NCBI GenBank assembly: GCA_950097015.1
Contig: CATNEN010000041.1
Location: 1,178,001-1,242,000, forward strand
DNA from: Macrostomum hystrix
Lineage: Eukaryota > Animalia > Platyhelminthes
Length of the DNA: 64,000 nucleotides
Direction: 5' to 3'
Part shown: positions 60,191 through 64,000 of the stretch, piece by piece
Position numbering within the stretch: the first letter of the stretch is position 1
Layout: the number at the start of each line of letters is the position of its first letter
Notes under the pieces: generated by a model
Told to the model about the DNA's origin: nothing
Seen by the model: the letters and a program-made list of their open reading frames with translations, nothing else
The model's database searches: none
Program-made: the position numbers and the translations under genes

Positions 60191-62750
60191 ATGCCAGTCC
60201 GCCTGCTGACGTGGAACATCAACGGCATCAGATCACTGCCGAGGCCGTTTGCCGAAGTGCTGCCCGCATTGGGGGCGGACATTGTGTGCCTTCAGGAGAC
60301 CAAGGTGACGCGTGAGTCCTCCCCTCGATCTGGCTCGCGGTGCACTGAAGCACCTCTATTTTTACAGCCTAGAGGGTGCGGCCGCTTGTCGGTGCAGCTT
60401 TAGTCCGCTCTGAGGTTGAACTGGGTGAGGCGGGGTCGGCTTGCTGCTCTCTTCTCATTGGACAATGGGCCATTAGCGTAGATTGCCTACATTCCGATAT
60501 AAATAGCCAGAGAAATGACCGGGTAGAAGGGGGCGCCGCGTATGTTAGCCGTCAGGGAGTCGGGGCTCAGTGGATGATCTCTCTTGTTTTGTGTTAGTCC
60601 GCCCACACGTGAAAGTTTTTCTTGCTGACATGCGCAGGTGAGGCTTTCTGTGTTTATTTCTTGCCTGGCTGATCAACACACGCACCAGTTAAATTCTTTC
60701 TATATGCAAACTGTTTGGTTATGGAGAATTACGGAGTGACTTTTACGCACTCGTAATTCTGCTTCAACTATTTACTAGCTGAAATATTTCTATTTTGTTT
60801 GAGTGTGTTACGTCACTTATTCTGCTGAACTGCACAGGCGATCAGCTGGACAGCAGCCTCGTGCATGTCGAAGGCTTCACCGCATTCTTCTCGTTCTGCC
60901 GCGTTCGCGGCGGTTACTCCGGCGTCGCTATCTACTGCACCGACCGGCTCCGCCCGCTGCGGGCCGAGGACTCGCTCTCTGCGACTGCGCTGAGGCCCGC
61001 CGAGGATTCCACCGTAGTCGGCTGCTACGCTGACGAGGCCGCTGTAGCCGCGGAACTCAGCGGTGACGCGGCGGCCCGATTGGCTCTGGACAGCGAGGGC
61101 CGCTGTCTGCTGCTTGAGTTCCCCACCAGGTGAGACTAGCCACCCCAGCTGCTTGAGTTCCCCACCAGGTGAGACTAGCCATCGCAGCTGCTTGAGTTCC
61201 CCACCAGGTGAGACTAGCCACCCTAGCTGCTTGAGTTCCCCACCAGGTGAGACTAGCCACCCCAGCTGCTTGAGTTCCCCACCAGGTGAGACTAGCCACC
61301 CCAGCTGCTTGAGTTCCCCACCAGGTGAGACTAGCCACCCCAGCTGCTTGAGTTCCCCACCAGGTGAGACTAGCCACCCCAGCTGCTTGAGTTCCCCACC
61401 AGGTGAGACTAGCCACCCCAGCTGCTTGAGTTCCCCACCAGGTGAGACTAGCCACCCCAGCTGCTTGAGTTCCCCACCAGGTGAGACTAGCCACCCCAGC
61501 TGCTTGAGTTCCCCACCGGAATCGATCTCAAAGATTCTGACAATATCCATCTGACCAATTTTTAGCCGAATTTTATCCCAAGTATCTATCTTTTAAGCTT
61601 GATAAGAGCTTGGTTGTACTTTTTGCTTTTTCACCCATCCACAGCGACGGTCGCGGCCTGGTGCTGATCACAGTCTACTGCCCGAACGCCGATCCGTCCA
61701 ATGAGGCTCGAATGCAGTTCAAAATGCGCTACCACGAGCTGTTGCGGCTGCGCTGCGATGCTCTGCTCAGGACTGGCAGGTGAGCTGGCCCACTCAATTT
61801 CAGAGTATCCTTATCTTCATGATTGTGTCAGGAATATCCCTAGTCAGCTGTCATGGTGGTGTCAGGAATATCCCTAGTCAGGTGTCATGGTGGTGTCAGG
61901 AATATTCCTAGTCAGCTGTCATGGTGGTGTCAGGAATATCCCTAGTCAGGTGTCATGGTGGTGTCAGGAATATTCCTAGTCAGGTGTCATGGTGGTGTCA
62001 GGAATATCCCTAGTCAGGTGTCATGGTGGTGTCAGGAATATCCCTAGTCAGGTGTCATGGTGGTGTCAGGAATATCCCTAGTCAGGTGTCATGGTGGTGT
62101 CAGGAATATCCCTAGTCAGGTGTCATGGTGGTGTCTGGAATATTCCTAGTCAGGTGTCATGGTGGTGTCAGGAATATCCCTAGTCAGGTGTCATGGTGGT
62201 GTCAGGAATATCCCTAGTCAGATGTCATGGTGGTGTCAGGAATATCCCTAGTCAGGTGTCATGGTGGTGTCAGGAATATCCCTAGTCAGGTGTCATGGTG
62301 GTGTCAGGAATATCCCTAGTCAGGTGTCATGGTGGTGTCAGGAATATCCCTAGTCAGGTGTCATGGTGGTGTCAGGAATATCCCTAGTCAGGTGTCATGG
62401 TGGTGTCAGGAATATCCCTAGTCAGGTGTCATGGTGGTGTCAGGAATATCCCTAGTCAGGTGTCATGGTGGTGTCAGGAATATCCCTAGTCAGGTGTCAT
62501 GGTGGTGTCAGGAATATCCCTAGTCAGCTGTCATGGTGGTGTCAGGAATATCCCTAGTCAGATGTCATGGTGGTGTCAGGAATATCCCTAGTCAGGTGTC
62601 ATGGTGGTGTCAGGATTCAGGAATATCCTTTCTGCTCTCGCTTTATTCAGGCACGTGATCATAGCCGGAGACTTGAATGTGTCGCACCGCCTGATTGACC
62701 ATTGCGAGACGGCCGAGGCTCTGCTGGACGACAGTCCAGAAGGCGGTGAG
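60191..62750 (+). CDS. APEX2: AP endonuclease 2, 3'-partial; exons 60191-60311, 60838-61129, 61645-61779, 62651-62750, continuing beyond the window
   Basis: LLTWNINGIR, ADIVCLQETKVTR, VEGFTAFFSFCRVRGGYSGVAIYC, LDSEGRC, VYCPNADP, HVIIAGDLNVSHRLIDHC. GT-AG introns have compatible phases. Confidence 0.92.
61110..61517 (+). repeat. 39-bp tandem repeat spanning the APEX2 exon 2/intron 2 junction, 10 full copies
   Basis: CTGCTTGAGTTCCCCACCAG|GTGAGACTAGCCACCCCAG. Confidence 0.95.
61825..62625. repeat. 34-bp minisatellite in APEX2 intron 3
   Basis: GTCAGGAATATCCCTAGTCAGGTGTCATGGTGGT, about 23 copies. Confidence 0.95.
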
Positions 62751-63664
62751 GTGAGAATGGTATCCGGTTCTTAGCTGGAGGGATTTTTTGCATTGTCTAG
62801 ATGGGAAGCCTGTATCTAACAATCGGTTTCCTGTCCCCGTCTCTCTGTGGCTTTCCTTTCATGTAAAGTACTTGCATGTTTATCACATAAAATCGAGTAG
62901 CTATCACATTAGCTAAAATCTCCTAGAAACCAAGCACCTGTTAGACAATACAAGTTTCACCTGCAGCCTAGCTGCTAAGCCAGCCAGACTCCAGTGCAGC
63001 AGATAAGCCGTCAGATCAGCTTATTATGTTGGCTCCCTAGTCCATGCATGTTCAGTTTGATTCTTATCGAGTGCAGGACAGGTGCAAGCCGCAGTGAGAC
63101 ATTTCAGACTCATTGTACTTCTGTTGTTGTTGTTGCTGCTGGCACGCTCTGGAATAGGTGCATTTTTAGTGTGCAGTGTGAGTAGCCTTTGCTGCCATTG
63201 TGAACTTGTTTTAACAAACAAGCTGTGTGTGTGTGTGTGTGTGTGTGTGTGCTTGCCTTTTCAGTTGGACTCAATTAAGAACTGCTCACATGCGAAACCA
63301 CCCCACCCCACCCTGTTGGCTACGCTGCAGTGGGTAGGCGGCTTAGCATTTGCACTGTTCCCTGATTCCGAGCGCTTGCTCTAGCTCTGGTCTCTGCCCC
63401 ACCCCGTCACGTCCCCTCCTGTGTATCTGTCGCCGCCGCCCCTTCAGCCTCAAGCCACCCGTCGCTGGCCGCTTTTTCCCCATTCCGTGCTGAGTCTGTG
63501 TCTCTGCTTTGCGGAGATATTGCCGGCTTTGTGGGTTAGACAGAAGGGCAAGGCTGGGGTGGCGGCCGCGGACTGTTAGGAATGAAAAATATGTTGTTGA
63601 AACCCGCTGCTTACAGAATTTTCACCGCGCCCGCTACGCTTCTGCTGGCGTCAAGCGTGTCCAT

Positions 63665-64000
63665 TTAATGACTGAATTCCTGCCCATTTAATGACTGAAT
63701 TCCTGCCCATTGAATGCCTAAATTCCTTTCTATTAAATGACTGAATTCCTGGCCATTGAATGACTGAATTCCTGCCCATTTAATGACTGAATTCCTGCCC
63801 ATTTAATGACTGAATTCCTGGCCATTGAATGCCTGAATTCCTTTCTATTTAATGACTGAATTCCTGGCCATTGAATGACTGAATTCCTGGCCATTGAATG
63901 CCTGAATTCCCGTCCATTAAATGACTGAATTTCTATCCATTGAATGACTGAATTCCTGTCCATTAAATGCCTAAATTCCTTTCTATTAAATGACTGAATT
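63665..64000. repeat. About 23-bp minisatellite running off the window end
   Basis: AATGACTGAATTCCTGCCCATTK and variants. Confidence 0.9.

Noticed and set aside
60191-62750. LINE APE-type endonuclease
   Set aside because: It is spliced over four exons, has APEX2-specific motifs, and has no reverse transcriptase downstream.

Overview
Eukaryotic (metazoan) genomic DNA with spliced genes and very many short-unit tandem repeats. The GC-rich, Ala/Gly-rich exons and minisatellite-filled introns suggest a free-living flatworm such as Macrostomum; this is an inference. Genes reconstructed by hand from GT-AG boundaries and reading-frame continuity: a 5'-partial Sel1-repeat (possibly DELE1-like) gene, a C10orf53/UPF0728 gene, an 8-exon nicotinic acetylcholine receptor alpha subunit (minus strand, 595 aa), two tandem PQ-loop membrane protein paralogues, a 4-exon BACE-like aspartic protease whose second catalytic Asp is replaced by His, an intronless abLIM/UNC-115-like gene with only two LIM domains, and a 3'-partial APEX2. 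Mobile elements: a non-autonomous Helitron carrying a PIF1-helicase fragment and a nested hAT MITE, a CACTA-like MITE inside a satellite, a PIF/Harbinger MITE with a tRNA-like core, tRNA-derived SINEs and a probable solo LTR. More than 20 distinct minisatellites are present, several starting exactly at splice sites or a stop codon. There is no CRISPR array or prokaryotic system, and I found no clearly new multi-gene system. The best leads are the putative BACE pseudoprotease, the arrays that capture splice donors or stop codons, and the PQ-loop pair with near-identical exons but unrelated introns.
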